Below are positions 24,217 through 36,526 of a stretch of 64,000 nucleotides of DNA, one piece after another. Position 1 is the stretch's first letter; every line of letters begins with the position of its first letter. Source of the stretch: Fistulifera solaris (Eukaryota); NCBI GenBank assembly GCA_030295235.1, contig AP026128.1:1-64000 (forward strand), given 5' to 3'. Both the position numbers and the translations under genes were made by a program. Under the pieces are notes generated by a model, which did no database searches, was not told where the DNA came from, and saw nothing but the letters and a program-made list of their open reading frames with translations.

Positions 24217-24907
24217 CAAGAGAGGATGTGGTTTATAACGTATATATCATGATAAAGCGGTTGAATAGTAAACTGGGGTCTAGTTTGGTAGAAAATCATT
24301 CATTTAGCGGACTACATGTAAATTCTCACGCGCTGTTCCTTTTCTTCTAGTTTGCCTTCGTCCTCTTGATCGCAAGCTGCGTTGTGAGGGCGGTCGCAAT
24401 GTTCGAGCTAATCTTGGAGTTGCATAAGGAGTGGCATCTTCAGCTCCGCTGCCTTGAGACTGTTCAGCATTGCTGCCCTCAGAGCTGCCCTCAGAGTCGG
24501 TAGCATTCGTTCTCGCTTTTCGATTTCCGTGACAATATTCCCTACCAAAAAGAAGTCCAAATCCAAGATCATCCTCGTGTTCATTCGAAAACAACGAGTT
24601 GTTGGAACTCATGATAGCAAATAATGATGATGGATGACAGTCAACAGAAAGAGAAAAGTAAGCTCAACAAATTGTTTTGAGTTCGCATGATAGATAGCAG
24701 GGAATACCATACGAAAGAACGCCGGTCATTTCACTTCAAGTAGATCTGCTTTCTTTTGTCAGGCATTGATCATTGCATTATGTCTAAGGAAGACTTTGCG
24801 TACTTTTGATCGCACAGCTTTTCTATCTTCAACAAGACGCATTAACCAGTGACCTATGACACTTTTGAAATGTTGATTGACTATTGCCTACTGCCGTAGA
24901 CCTTTAA

Positions 24908-25294
24908 CCCTTTCAGTACCGGAAATTTTTAAGAGTAATATTTGACTCTTTACTAATAAACCGGTGATTTTCTTGTCAATAAACCGATTTACCATGAAAC
25001 GAATCTCACAAATCCAAATAATAAATATTGTTGAAGAAAGTATAATAAATATATTTCTTTGTTTTGGCTTAGGATAAAATCAAAAATGGCAACATCTAGA
25101 GATTGTAAAAAAAAAAAAATATATATATATATATATATATTTACTCTTTGGCTTTTTGGTCAAAATATCGGAGCTGTAGATGTCCGTTGAAATAATTTTA
25201 GCTGTCGCCGATGTGTACGGCGGACACCGATGACGTCATATAATCGGCCCACTAAGAGTAAAATGTTACTCTTAAGGAATCGGTATTGAAAGGG
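24908..25294. mobile_element. Non-autonomous piggyBac-type element (MITE), 387 bp
   Basis: TTAA at 24904-24907 and 25295-25298; TIRs CCCTTTCAGTACCG / CGGTATTGAAAGGG (13/14); subterminal inverted repeat TTAAGAGTAAyATTTkACTCTTTA; AT-rich, no ORF. Confidence 0.9.
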
Positions 25295-26446
25295 TTAACC
25301 TAACTTTTACGAAATAACATAACATACGGAGTAACAAGTAGTAACGTCATACGTCATCGATAATTGGGCCTCATGCTTGTATTGTTGACGGAAGACTGAA
25401 GACTGACATTTGACAGGCGCAAGACGCAAGAGCTAGCTGCGCTATCCTTATTACAACTATCTGGAGCTAGAGCTCTGACTCTGAGGTCTCAGGTCTCAGC
25501 TACTTTCTGTTTACTTTTTCCTAATTTCAATATGAATTTTTCTTCTTCCATTGGTTCATTCAAGATTCATTATTCATGAAACATTAGCCATAGACTTAGA
25601 TCACTTAAACCACGACGTCGATCGCTTATATTCGATGCCCGCCATTCGCTCATTGATACCAGGGTATTATTGTTTGTGGATTGCGGCAGTTCCAGTTTTC
25701 CAAATTTTTGAGAAGGATCTATGCGGCGGCGCATCTATGTTTCTTCAATCTAATCTTTTCTTGGTTTCTGATGGTGTCTTGGATTCTCCACAAAGTTCAT
25801 GCGACTCGTATTTGTTTCAATGAAGCATTATCAGCCCTTTTTTGAGAGGATAGCCTTGGTATTTTGTGAAACTCGCTTCGGCGAGACATAGATATCCCCG
25901 CACCTGGTAAGTGTCGTCCCGGGGAAGCATTTTCCGTCCTTTGACAAAATTATCTGTATTGCTTTGATCGATTTGAAATTGAAAGGACTGTCGCAGTTGA
26001 TTTGATTTACAGGCATCATCAAAGCTGTGAATAGACTAGCGCCGCACGAAAAACATGAAGCTAAGAAGAAAAAGGCAAACTAAAGACTGGTTTCTCTAGT
26101 TTCTCCGAAGCCGAAATTGACCGACACTGACACTACGGAAGTCACAAGTTGTGACGAGTCATTGTTGTGCTACGTCAAAAAGTCATCACTTGTAACTGAC
26201 ACTCGCTTACAGAGAAGGGACGGAGTCTACGGACAAATAATAATACGTAGTAGGGCAAGGACAACTTTACTATAAATGCAAAAGTACAATGAATGCCACA
26301 GGGAAAATGAAAACCAAAACACGAGATCGCGATCGTGATCGTGAACATGCCGACGACGAAGAATAATGCTGCTATCCTTTTGTTTGTTTGGAGCAATAAA
26401 TCCAGTCTTCAAGACCATTTCAGGCCTACACTGTCGGGAATGAATC

Positions 26447-28468
26447 ATGTTTGGTCTGAAAAGGGACGGGCAAACAAAAGAAAACAAGTTGGACTATCAT
26501 TTCGGCAGTGAAGAATTTGGTGGCTCGGGCACCGCTTTCTGGGATGACACGGATCGACGCGGTCGATTACGTCGATCAACCAGCTTTGAATCAATTTTAG
26601 AGACTACAACACACGTGGATCATGACGCAGCAGTCACAAAAGTGGTTGGCTCCATGAGAAATCTGATGCTGCAAAGCAAGAGTAATCTATCATCGATCGG
26701 CAATAAACAGTCATTTAGTGATACTCATACTCGACAAGCACAACCAAAATCCTCAGTGATCGTTGGGTCCGTCAGTCACATGCTGTTGCAAGGCAAGAAC
26801 ACTTTTGCAGCAACGGGCAACCAGTCATTCAATACTTTGGACCAATTATCTCATGCCCGAAAAGGAACCTCCTACAAACTCGACAGCAGCGGCGAATTTA
26901 AATATCCAAGTCCCAAGAAGACCGAAAACAATATGTTCTTTGATTTGATCGACAAGAAACATGAAAAGAGGGTATCAATGGAAAAAGAGGATGGATTCGG
27001 CAATGCGTCAGAGGCAGATACCGCATCGGACGAGGTGAACGGCTACAGTCACGTCCAACGGATCTCGAATGAGGAAAGGAGACCAACAACCCACCTTTTG
27101 CGACAGAAGAGTGACTCATCGTTGTTCTTTGGCTCCAGAGAAGACACCGTCATAAACGATGCTAAACCAGATCCTCGTTTTAACATGCAGTTGAATACCA
27201 GCGAACATTCGCTGCATCAACGACGGTCTCGTCGCAGATTTGGAATCCAAAAATTTGACCGATCCAAAGAGGACCTGACGACATCGTCTGGCTTAGCTGT
27301 CAAACGTGCGGGGAGTGATCCAACGCTCGAATCAAGATCGCGACGTACGACGAGTCGTAAGAAAAGCGATACGCCTCACCATCTCGGGCACCAACATCTT
27401 CATCACAAATCTCGGCAATTGCTGTCGGGCAAAAAAGAAACAACCAGCAATGATTGCAGCGCTCCTTCCAATTCTCACACCCGTGGTCGACGCATTGTGA
27501 TTGGACTTTCCAAAGGCGAAGACGATGATGACATGCACGCCACCACTGACAAGCCAAAACGAAAAAGAAGGCCTAGAATTGACATGGCGGAAAGAGGGAA
27601 TTCCAGTTCGAGAAGCTCGCTCAATTTTAATGATGATGACGATCAAACCGATCATGAAGAAAAAGAGGATTCACCAAACTCGAATGATGCATCTTTTGCA
27701 TTTCTGGAAAGGGCTCCAGTTGAGGATAAACTCCAAACGAGTAACCATTCAATAGACATCCTCGACGATACGCCCCAAAATGAATTGATTGAGGCAGGTC
27801 ATCGAAGCTCCGTACACAAGCCTCGAAACGAGAAAGAAAGAAGGGATACTCGGCACGGCTTGCGAAAGGCTTCTAGCGACAAAGAACAAAAATTGCGCAA
27901 ACATGGCAGCCAAAGCCATTCAGAGACAGTGAACACCCTCAGTTCGTCTCAACACGAAAAGCTTGAGTCACTCAAGCACAAACTGAAATTCGGAAAGGAT
28001 GGCACGACATTGAGTGCGTTCGAGAGTTGTGACCTTGAAACAACTCCTGTTGGCTGTCGGGGCCGTGATCGTAATCACTTCAGTTTTCACTTTGGTGACG
28101 ACTTTGAATTCAGTCCCTTGAAGAAGCCGGATGAAGTGATTGATAGTAACGACGAAGCGGATGGAGAGAAGAAGGAGCCATCCACTGTCGCTGACGAATC
28201 CGCTTCGCTCATCAAGCTGATAAACACTTTGGATTTTCCCGTTCCCATCCCAACCGACGGAGAAGACGACCAACTAGGAAAAAGCCATTCGAATCATACA
28301 GCGTCGAGCAAGACATCGAAACGATCCAAACGACCACCGTCGTCGTTGGTGCGAGCATCTTCGAAGAAAAGCTTGTCGAGGGCATCTACGAAAAAGACGG
28401 AACCCAATGACTCGAATAGTTCTCTCTCTTTGGGTTTGTCTTCGGGAAGCCTTGACGGTTCGTTTTGA
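26447..28468 (+). CDS. Hypothetical Ser/Lys/Arg-rich, likely disordered protein (673 aa)
   Basis: Long uninterrupted ORF; no recognisable domain. Confidence 0.8.
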   Translation: MFGLKRDGQTKENKLDYHFGSEEFGGSGTAFWDDTDRRGRLRRSTSFESILETTTHVDHDAAVTKVVGSMRNLMLQSKSNLSSIGNKQSFSDTHTRQAQPKSSVIVGSVSHMLLQGKNTFAATGNQSFNTLDQLSHARKGTSYKLDSSGEFKYPSPKKTENNMFFDLIDKKHEKRVSMEKEDGFGNASEADTASDEVNGYSHVQRISNEERRPTTHLLRQKSDSSLFFGSREDTVINDAKPDPRFNMQLNTSEHSLHQRRSRRRFGIQKFDRSKEDLTTSSGLAVKRAGSDPTLESRSRRTTSRKKSDTPHHLGHQHLHHKSRQLLSGKKETTSNDCSAPSNSHTRGRRIVIGLSKGEDDDDMHATTDKPKRKRRPRIDMAERGNSSSRSSLNFNDDDDQTDHEEKEDSPNSNDASFAFLERAPVEDKLQTSNHSIDILDDTPQNELIEAGHRSSVHKPRNEKERRDTRHGLRKASSDKEQKLRKHGSQSHSETVNTLSSSQHEKLESLKHKLKFGKDGTTLSAFESCDLETTPVGCRGRDRNHFSFHFGDDFEFSPLKKPDEVIDSNDEADGEKKEPSTVADESASLIKLINTLDFPVPIPTDGEDDQLGKSHSNHTASSKTSKRSKRPPSSLVRASSKKSLSRASTKKTEPNDSNSSLSLGLSSGSLDGSF

Positions 28469-28788
28469 CTCTTTATCTCTTTTTGATTGAGAATGAATGA
28501 ATAACAAGGAAATAACCCGATGAATAAATGCAAAGTTAGTGATGTTCGTCCATATTGAACGCAAAGGTGAGGGGGAGGCGCGCGTAGGCTTCCATTATTT
28601 AATGTTTCCGTTGAGTCCCGGATTTTGTAATTATGAAACACAAAATTACCCGCGCCTCGTGCCCAATTACGCGCATCGCGAAAACGAAAAAAAAGAGAAC
28701 TTCGTTATAAACTTAGACTAGAGGATTTAAACTCACATCTTTCAACAATAGCAATACTAAAGCCTTTGGTTGCAACACAACACACAAT

Positions 28789-29990
28789 ATGCCGTTTATT
28801 TATACCTGCTGTCAGGGAGAGCTGTTCTTGCATCTCCCGGGGCTGGGATTGACGCATGTTCCGACGGACTATCGGGAACTTTTGCAGGGATTGTCGATCA
28901 TGTTACCAGCTTATGTTGCGGGTTGGGCCATTCTGTCGTGGTTGTGCTGGATCTTGTTATGCCGTATCGTTCCGTCCTCATCAAAAGACCCAGTTAAGCC
29001 GACATCATTATTTTATATTCACAGCAGTTTGCCTCTATGGAGTATGCTACTGGCGTACGGGTGTTTGTCGCACGTGCTGTTGCCGGGAGAAGTCGGCCGA
29101 CAAATCTGTCGGATCGCTTTGCCGCCTTCGCAAAATTGGTATTACCGCTACAAAGACGCCAAGGCGCGGCTGAAAGAATGGGAAAACAATCCGCTGTCGA
29201 GTCCACTGGGAAATGTGACGGCCTCGCAGGGACCGGAAGGTGCCTTGGATGTCTTCTTTTCGCCGGAACGAGCCAACGAAATTTATGAGCGCGTCCTAGC
29301 CTTGAAAGAAACACACTGGGTCTATTCGGCACCACTGGGTCGAGGTTCGGGTTTGTTTTTATTGGGTCGGAAATACGATGGCGCGAAACAAGCAGGGCAA
29401 TACTTGAGTTTTGAGCAACAAACGGATTTGGGTCAAGAAATGTGGCAGTATTTTGGAGATGTCATGGAAGAACTACGACAAGGAACCGAGCGATTGGTCA
29501 AAAGGAAGCTCGATTGTATCGCGAAAGTTGGCCGCCGACGTTCATCTTGCACGCCGGATCGGCTCTCTCGGTGCATCAAGACATTATGAATGTCCATGTG
29601 GACGCGATTTTAATGAAGGAATTTCAAGAAAAACATCATCAAGACACGAAGTTGACCTGTCAATGGGATCATCAATTGACTTTACTCGTTGCGTTGCACT
29701 TGCCGCCGCACGGGGCTCATTTCCAGTACTACGACTCGCATGGCAAACGGTACCGAGTTCCCCATGTTTTGGGTAAAGGGCTGGTCTGCGAATGTCAGCG
29801 TCCCCACAATCTAGGACCCTTTCATCCACTCGATGCCGATTCCGATGAATTGCGCGTCGTATTACACGCGTTTTTAGTGCCGTGTCGCAGGGACGATAAC
29901 GACAGTGATGTGCATTATCAAGTCATCGGTCCACTTGGGTTTGGAACGCCGTATTCGACCTTTGAAACGACGTTGGAAATGGCGAGTTAG
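28789..29990 (+). CDS. Membrane-anchored 2OG-Fe(II) oxygenase-like protein (frameshift near 29500-29540)
   Basis: N-terminal hydrophobic helices; C-terminal HVD...LTLLVAL...PH...RVVLHAF fits the HxD...H...R pattern. Confidence 0.55.
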
Positions 29991-30646
29991 ATAAGGTTGT
30001 ACTTACGTGAACCGATCTAAGTTGAGGAAAGGAAATCTAGTAAACAAACAAGTAGCTTGAAGGGCACTATTCTGGAACCATTATGAATGTGCTTATCTCT
30101 CAAAAGCCTAATCAAACGAAATAACCTTTCGTTTCCTTTGATCTTGACGTGTTTTAAACGAGACGTTGTTTTGTCTTCAGTTACTGCCAAGCTAGATGAT
30201 TCGCCTGATCTCCGAATACCTAGCGCCAGACGCGCTTTCGGTTTTCAGAAAGTCTTCCTTCCTCATTCCTGAATCAGGATTGGGTTTCTGTGCAGTCTGC
30301 CCTGAAGAGTAAATCGGTGTTTTGTCTTTCGTACAGTATTGTATGCTATTTCTCGTTGTTCGCGACAATAGGGAATAAAGAACCCCATCCAATTCGAGGG
30401 AACTGTGCTGTGCCGGGTGCCGGCATTAACAGATTTCCCGAAACCCTCTCTGTGCAGTTTTGCTGCCGCCAGCCGCCGCGCCGCTATAAAGTGTGTCCCC
30501 GTTTGTTCGAGCAGCCGCAGAAAACAAAACACAAAAACAACAAAGCAAACAGCGCGAACTGCCTTGAAGCGAATATCGTCGACTCTTTCTACCAAACAAG
30601 CCACTTCATTCTTTTCATTCCCTCGCTTAATTCTTAATCATATAAC

Positions 30647-31405
30647 ATGGGCATTCGTCCTTCGAAAGAGACGCTAATATCGCGAGAAATCGATTCGCAC
30701 AACCGCAAACGAGCCGCTACACGAACACCCGTACTGTTGTGTTTGGGAGAACCCTTACCGCCCGTGTGTTCTTCTTTGGAGTGTGATTTTCATTACATCA
30801 AACAACAACGATCGCAAAAATGGTTGCAATTACTGGCGGCCGCCGAAGATACGACACAAGCCATTGTATTTACCGTCCCATTAATTTGGTACGAAGAACC
30901 CGTCGAAAACTCGAGAGGCAACAAATTACAACAAGCCATGGAATACTTTCGTGTCATTCGAAGGCATTTACGAAATCGTTCCATTATTGTCATATTAACG
31001 CATCGACCGGAATTTGCGGCTCGCATTCGTGATGGAGATGTCGATCTGGCGGATCAGTTTTCAGAGTATCAAGGACCTCCGGAAGATCCGGCGGCGGCCT
31101 TGCATTTTGTAAGGAATGAATTCAAACGACTGTTTTATGAATCCAGTAAAGCGTCGTGGGCTCATTTGTTTCTATTGTACGATGATGGTTGCAAACAATT
31201 GCGGAGTACCTTTCTCGCACAAGCGGTCGATGCGATTCGGAAGACGGATTCCTTTGCGCACATTGAAGACATGCTGACGCCGTGTCACGGAGTCAAAGTA
31301 TCCTCCGCTGTAAAGGCGGCAAACAGTATGAAACGTCGGGAAGAGACGCGGACTGTTCAACTTTCCAGTCACGAAAGTTCTTTGGAGTTGATGGAGCGGA
31401 TATAG
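30647..31405 (+). CDS. Degenerate, shortened G-protein alpha-subunit-like protein
   Basis: MGxxxS, SREID, VLLCLG, QQRSQKW, AIVFTVPLIWYEE, NKLQQAMEYF, SIIVILTH...F...I, FSEYQG, AALHFVRNEF follow the order of G-alpha motifs; P-loop and helical domain absent. Confidence 0.7.
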   Translation: MGIRPSKETLISREIDSHNRKRAATRTPVLLCLGEPLPPVCSSLECDFHYIKQQRSQKWLQLLAAAEDTTQAIVFTVPLIWYEEPVENSRGNKLQQAMEYFRVIRRHLRNRSIIVILTHRPEFAARIRDGDVDLADQFSEYQGPPEDPAAALHFVRNEFKRLFYESSKASWAHLFLLYDDGCKQLRSTFLAQAVDAIRKTDSFAHIEDMLTPCHGVKVSSAVKAANSMKRREETRTVQLSSHESSLELMERI

Positions 31406-31575
31406 TGCTGCTGACACAATGTCAGTGTGTTGACTAGCTTTTGTAAGTAAGAATAGTCTATATTTTTTCTATTGAAATTCTTTCTTTAGACAAGTCAGAA
31501 CGCGCTCTGTATTCAAATGTGTTTTGCAAGGTTTACGATGGGACGTTTTCTATTACTCAGGTTACTATTCATCAG

Positions 31576-33116
31576 TTAACCAAAGATTTTACTAAACGCC
31601 GCACGGAATCCATTCGCCTGGGCCTTCTTTTGTTCATCGACATTGGGCACGAGTAGTGATTTGGCATCTCCGGAAGGTCGGAAACCAGCAGGAAAGAGTT
31701 CCGATTGCGACAATAGTTCACATTGCGTCGGACTACTGCAATAGACTTGTTCGACAATTTCACGGAAGGACACCCAACGATTTTCGGCCGCCGACTTGTC
31801 GGCAGCAATGGCCATAATCAAAGCGACCAAACCATCTTCGCCCGTGCACGGGACGGGTGTGTCATTCACCAAGGATTCGCAAAACGCAATGGTTTCTGTC
31901 ACATACGCTTCGTTGTAACGACTCAAAAAGAAGTCAAACGGCATGTCGGCATTGCCCGTAAAGTCGGGTTTGAAGATTTTGGCCGTGTTGGGGTACACAT
32001 TGTCGGTTTGAATCATGCCCTTGGTTCCCAAAACTGTTGAAAGATGAACGGCGAAGGTGAGATGACAGTCTACTTCAACACTCCTACAGTTCACACATCC
32101 AATTACGACTCACCTTCCGCACGCTGATCGTATCCAAACGAGGATTGACGGCACACATCAATCATCGCCTGGACACCATTCGGATACCGCACCAAGCACG
32201 AGGCCGTATCGTACTTTTCACTACCGGGCAAATCGGTAATACTCTTATCAATGTGACACGATCCAATGGCCAAAATATCAATCGGATCACTGCCCGCCAA
32301 GAAACGACTCATATCCAAATCATGCACGGCCATGTCGGCAAAGATGCCACCACCACCCTTGACGTAGGAATACGGCGGCGGCGCCGGATCGCGCGAACAC
32401 AATTTGATCATGATGGGTTCGCCGACTTCGGATTTACGAATCGCCTGTTCGACGCGACGAAAGTTTTGATCGAAACGACGTTGTAAGCCAATCATGAGTT
32501 TGACGCCGGCTTCGTTGCACGCATTGATGGCTTCGACGGTTTCATCCAACTCGGTGGCAATGGGTTTTTCACAAAAGACGTGTTTCTTGTTGGCCGCACA
32601 AGCTTTGATTTGTTCGGCGTGATATTGAGACGGAGAACAAATCCAGACCGCGTCGACTTCGGGGTCTGTAATGACGTCCATGGCATTGTCCGTAAAGCGA
32701 GGGACATTGTATTGCTTGGCGGCTGCAAATAGAAAATAAGTGAGAAAGAATATGAGTGAGTGAATGTGAGTATGTGAATATGCGAGTGATTCTCAGACAC
32801 GGAAATGCGAGCCAATTCCTTGATTCTTTCTTATCCATTAAACGTCTTTTTTCTTCTTCACGCAACGCACCTGCTTCGGCTTTGGAAACGGTCGGATTGG
32901 AAACAATGACTGGACGAACACCGGGAGCTTTCGTAATGGCTTCCAAATGAACTAAACCGATACGTCCCATTCCGATGACACCAACACGAATATCTTGTTT
33001 CGTGTCATTTTCTTTGTAGTCATGAACAAAGATGAGGACGACGGCACAACCGTGCGCATCGGCTGAAAGCCATGCACCGCCGTCCACAAGACGAGTAGTA
33101 AGGATGATTTCAGCAT
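31576..33116 (-). CDS. myo-inositol 2-dehydrogenase (Gfo/Idh/MocA, IolG-like) with plastid-type presequence; introns 32870-32723 and 32113-32034
   Basis: VGVIGMGRIG, VFCEKP, GLQRRFD, SRDPAPP, GGIFADMAVHDLD, GYDQRAEVLG, FFLSRYNEAY; one-base frameshift near 33015. Confidence 0.9.
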
Positions 33117-33702
33117 GCTTCGCAAGAAATTCTGGAAAAGCAGAGCGTCGTTTGAAAAAGAAAGAATCAAAGGAAATAGTTTTGATTCAGTAAAAGGAAG
33201 GATTTTAGAGGAGTAAAATCGAACCTGTGAGTTTCTTCTTGGCAAAGGCTGTTGAATCCACGAAACACACTGCTCTGGACCTTTTTTCTTCTTTCTCGTT
33301 GTCGTTGTCGTTGTTGTTACTTGACATTTCAATTGTTCGCCCACAAGAAGATATACGGTACGTTTGACGTTTGACATGCGACGATCGCGAGCTTTGCAAC
33401 TTCAACCGCCGACGCCCTGGCGGATGGACAGATGTCAACTACTAAGCGTATTGGAGTACGGCGTACTTCTCCGTATTTTCTCTACAGAGAGATGTCTATC
33501 CGTCGTCGGATCCATCGGTCGAACGTCGACGTCGCTCATTCTTTCTTCGCCGCATTTCTCCGCTTTGTCCATTTGCCAGACAGACACATCTATCCAGCTA
33601 GGGCAAACAAGCGAACTAGCACGACTAATAATAATAATAATAAAGAATAGATAATTGTATAGGATACTAGTAGTATAGTAGTAGTATTAGTTACAAATGA
33701 GC

Positions 33703-34865
33703 CTAATGCTCCCAGGTCCGATACAATTGCTGCGCAAGCTCACCCAATCGAGCATGACGATAGTCTTCGGCGACAGGCAAATGCACTTGAATGCGTTGTT
33801 TCGTCTCGGCCGAGACTTGTGCTAGGACTTGCAAAACACGAATCGCCTGACACGCTTCGTGGGGTTTCTCGTGGCCCACGGAAACCTCACTTAATAGACT
33901 GGCCAAGAGTGCATCGTTCAGCAATGCATCGCGGCATTTAACTTCGAGGTTCGAATGCACCGATTCCAAGCAGTTGGCAATGACTTTCATGGCAGCTCGA
34001 TGCATTTGACATTCATTCGATCGTTCCATCTCGTAGTCGTTGTTCGTTGGCAGCTGCGCAAAAGAAAGTATAAAGTCAAACAACTCGGTGTTTTTAAATA
34101 TCATGGCCGCCGCCGCAGGACTGCCGTGACTCATTTGCGAGAGCGATTCGAGCGCCATGAGTTGGGCATCCAATGATCCTTGTTTCATCAATGAAATCGC
34201 AATCTCAATGCCTTCATTGATGCAGGATTGTTGCTCTTCTTCACTGACAGGAGGAAGGCATTTCGGTAACGGAAGTGGCCTCGCTGCGGATGTTGAAGGT
34301 AATCCCTTGGCACTGCGGAGGACGCATTTCGCGAGTTGATGAAAGGAAAACGAGCATCCGCAACATCGTTGTGCTTCTACAATGAGACAATCATCGTCCG
34401 TTTGAAAGAATCGCATCACGAACTCAACGTGATCGACGGATTCGCATGCAATCGAGACCTTTGGAAGAAAAAGATAGTGAGCAAGTCCGTTCGTTCGTCT
34501 ACATATAACTCCGCGAGGCGGTATCTCCGCCGATCTAACACACTTACCTCCTTGTGATCGTAAGTTGTAGCAATCGATTCATGATCGAGAATCGCCGATA
34601 CGCGTGACATGACTTCTTCGGCGGTAGCATCGTGAATTCGGACATGCGTGCGTTCGAGGAAATAGTCGTCCGGAAACGCCGGAAAGCGCACAATTGCAGC
34701 AGATTTGTTGTTGACAGGAGTTGTATACAATTTCGTTTCTACCGAAGAAGATACTTTAAGGGGCGTTAAAGGTTGCATCAAAGGCATCAACGGTGGTGAA
34801 ACGAGCGCTACGCTCCTCATCGTAGGAGAGTCCTCCACGATCTTTTTCCGATCATTTGTACTCAT
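33703..34865 (-). CDS. Hypothetical protein with KA1-like N-terminal and ARM-like C-terminal regions; intron 34547-34459
   Basis: Spliced ORFs; FVMRFFQ...IVEAQRCCGCSFSF followed by amphipathic helical repeats. Confidence 0.65.
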
Positions 34866-35354
34866 TTTGTTATTTCGTATTGCCTTATAAGTTGCGACAG
34901 TGTTGTGTGTGACTTGTTTTGAAACTATAAAATACAATCGTAATGACTTCCTCACAACAAACAGTTGTTTGCTTCGTGTTTATTAACAACCAAACGGAGA
35001 TACTCGTATTCGCGTTTTTTTACTCGTGGTGGCTCCTCTCTCCGGCGAGGGAAGTGAGCCGATTGTTGCGGCAAGTCGTGCTGCGGCGAAAAGGTAAAAA
35101 CAAGGATGTCGTTTGTTCCTCTCTTTTCCGACAGTGTCGGTCAATTTACTATGACACAGTAAGTAGTAATCCGCGTCTTTCTTGCCCCTTTCTGGATTGA
35201 CAATGAATTCGTGGGAAGCAACGAAACGCTCGAGTCGCAGATCCTGGAAGATCCTCGATGGGATCGCGGAACTTAGAAACTGGAAGGAGCGATCCTAGCC
35301 ACACTTTGTCGTAGAGTAAATATTCTTTATTTAACGTCCCGGATTCCTTCAACT

Positions 35355-35777
35355 TTATTTACTGTAAACAACCAATCTTCCGGAGATACAGAAGTGTACT
35401 TGGTCAGGAACACCGAGTACAATTTGACGGATAGCTATTTCGATCACGGACCGAAGTCTCGAAATGTGGGTCACGTGCATAATTGAATCAGATTTAACGG
35501 TCCACGTCAGGCCACGCGTTTGACTACAAACTATCTCATACTGAATGGAAGCGTTGGTGTGAAATTGAAAACCAAGAAACCATTGCTCGTGAACCGCGCG
35601 CGCGCGTCCCAGAAAGCGAGCCGTCCGTCGACCGACAGTATAATCAGTACCGATCGGATATTCATCCAGTCTCTCACCATTCACCATTATTTCGCGGTTT
35701 TCCCACCATTCATCCACCATGATGACAAAAGTGCGACGGCTTGTAAAAAGTTGATCATACCTGGTACGACGAAACAT
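35355..35777 (-). CDS. Hypothetical protein
   Basis: 140-aa ORF with protein-like composition; no motif recognised. Confidence 0.35.
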   Translation of the reverse strand: MFRRTRYDQLFTSRRTFVIMVDEWWENREIMVNGERLDEYPIGTDYTVGRRTARFLGRARAVHEQWFLGFQFHTNASIQYEIVCSQTRGLTWTVKSDSIMHVTHISRLRSVIEIAIRQIVLGVPDQVHFCISGRLVVYSK

Positions 35778-36526
35778 ACATCATGTATAATGGCTTCTCT
35801 CAGCCTCGATGAATAGAACCATGCACTACCAATGGTAAGCGATTGACAAGATGTACCTTTTTTCGTTCGACCTTTCGCCAGCATATTCCCATGACGAGTC
35901 ATCAACAACAATTACCATCTTTCGACTGATTGGAGCTTCACACGCTTCATGAAAGAGAATTTATCCATGTTTACCGAGGATATTTGAAAGTGTTGACTGT
36001 AACGTGTATATGTTATCAACGGTTTCTCATCTGCATTCCTACAGATCTCGCGCACTGTTTCGATTGTTGAAAGCACAACATTATGAACACACTGGCAAGC
36101 CGACCGCTAGTGGAGAAAAATAAAAGAGCATTACCTACTGCACGCACATGAAGCGATGGACGGCACACATTTCGTTTTCAAAGAATGAGGGATGAAAAAG
36201 ACCACAATAACAATTCGTTTCGTGGGCTCCATTTGTACAGGGAGGCGTAATTTGCTTTGAAGACAGCTTATAGCCTTCCGGCGCAGTATCTATTGAAGTG
36301 GTAAACAATTATCGATGATGATTAGCATCATTTATCTTTTCCTTGCGATGATGATGATGATGATTATCACATAGCAAATGCTGAATGTCGTATCGTGTAT
36401 GAAGTATAGATGATGAAGTAGGTAAAATGCCTCGCCAAACGTGCTTTCGGCTTTCGCGGTTTTCTTCTTTTCCTTTTTTTTCTTTCGACGAACATCGCCT
36501 CGCATTATTTATCAACACCTCATTAT

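Noticed and set aside
24304..24612. 102-aa minus-strand ORF
   Set aside because: Low-complexity and motif-free; could be real but is unsupported
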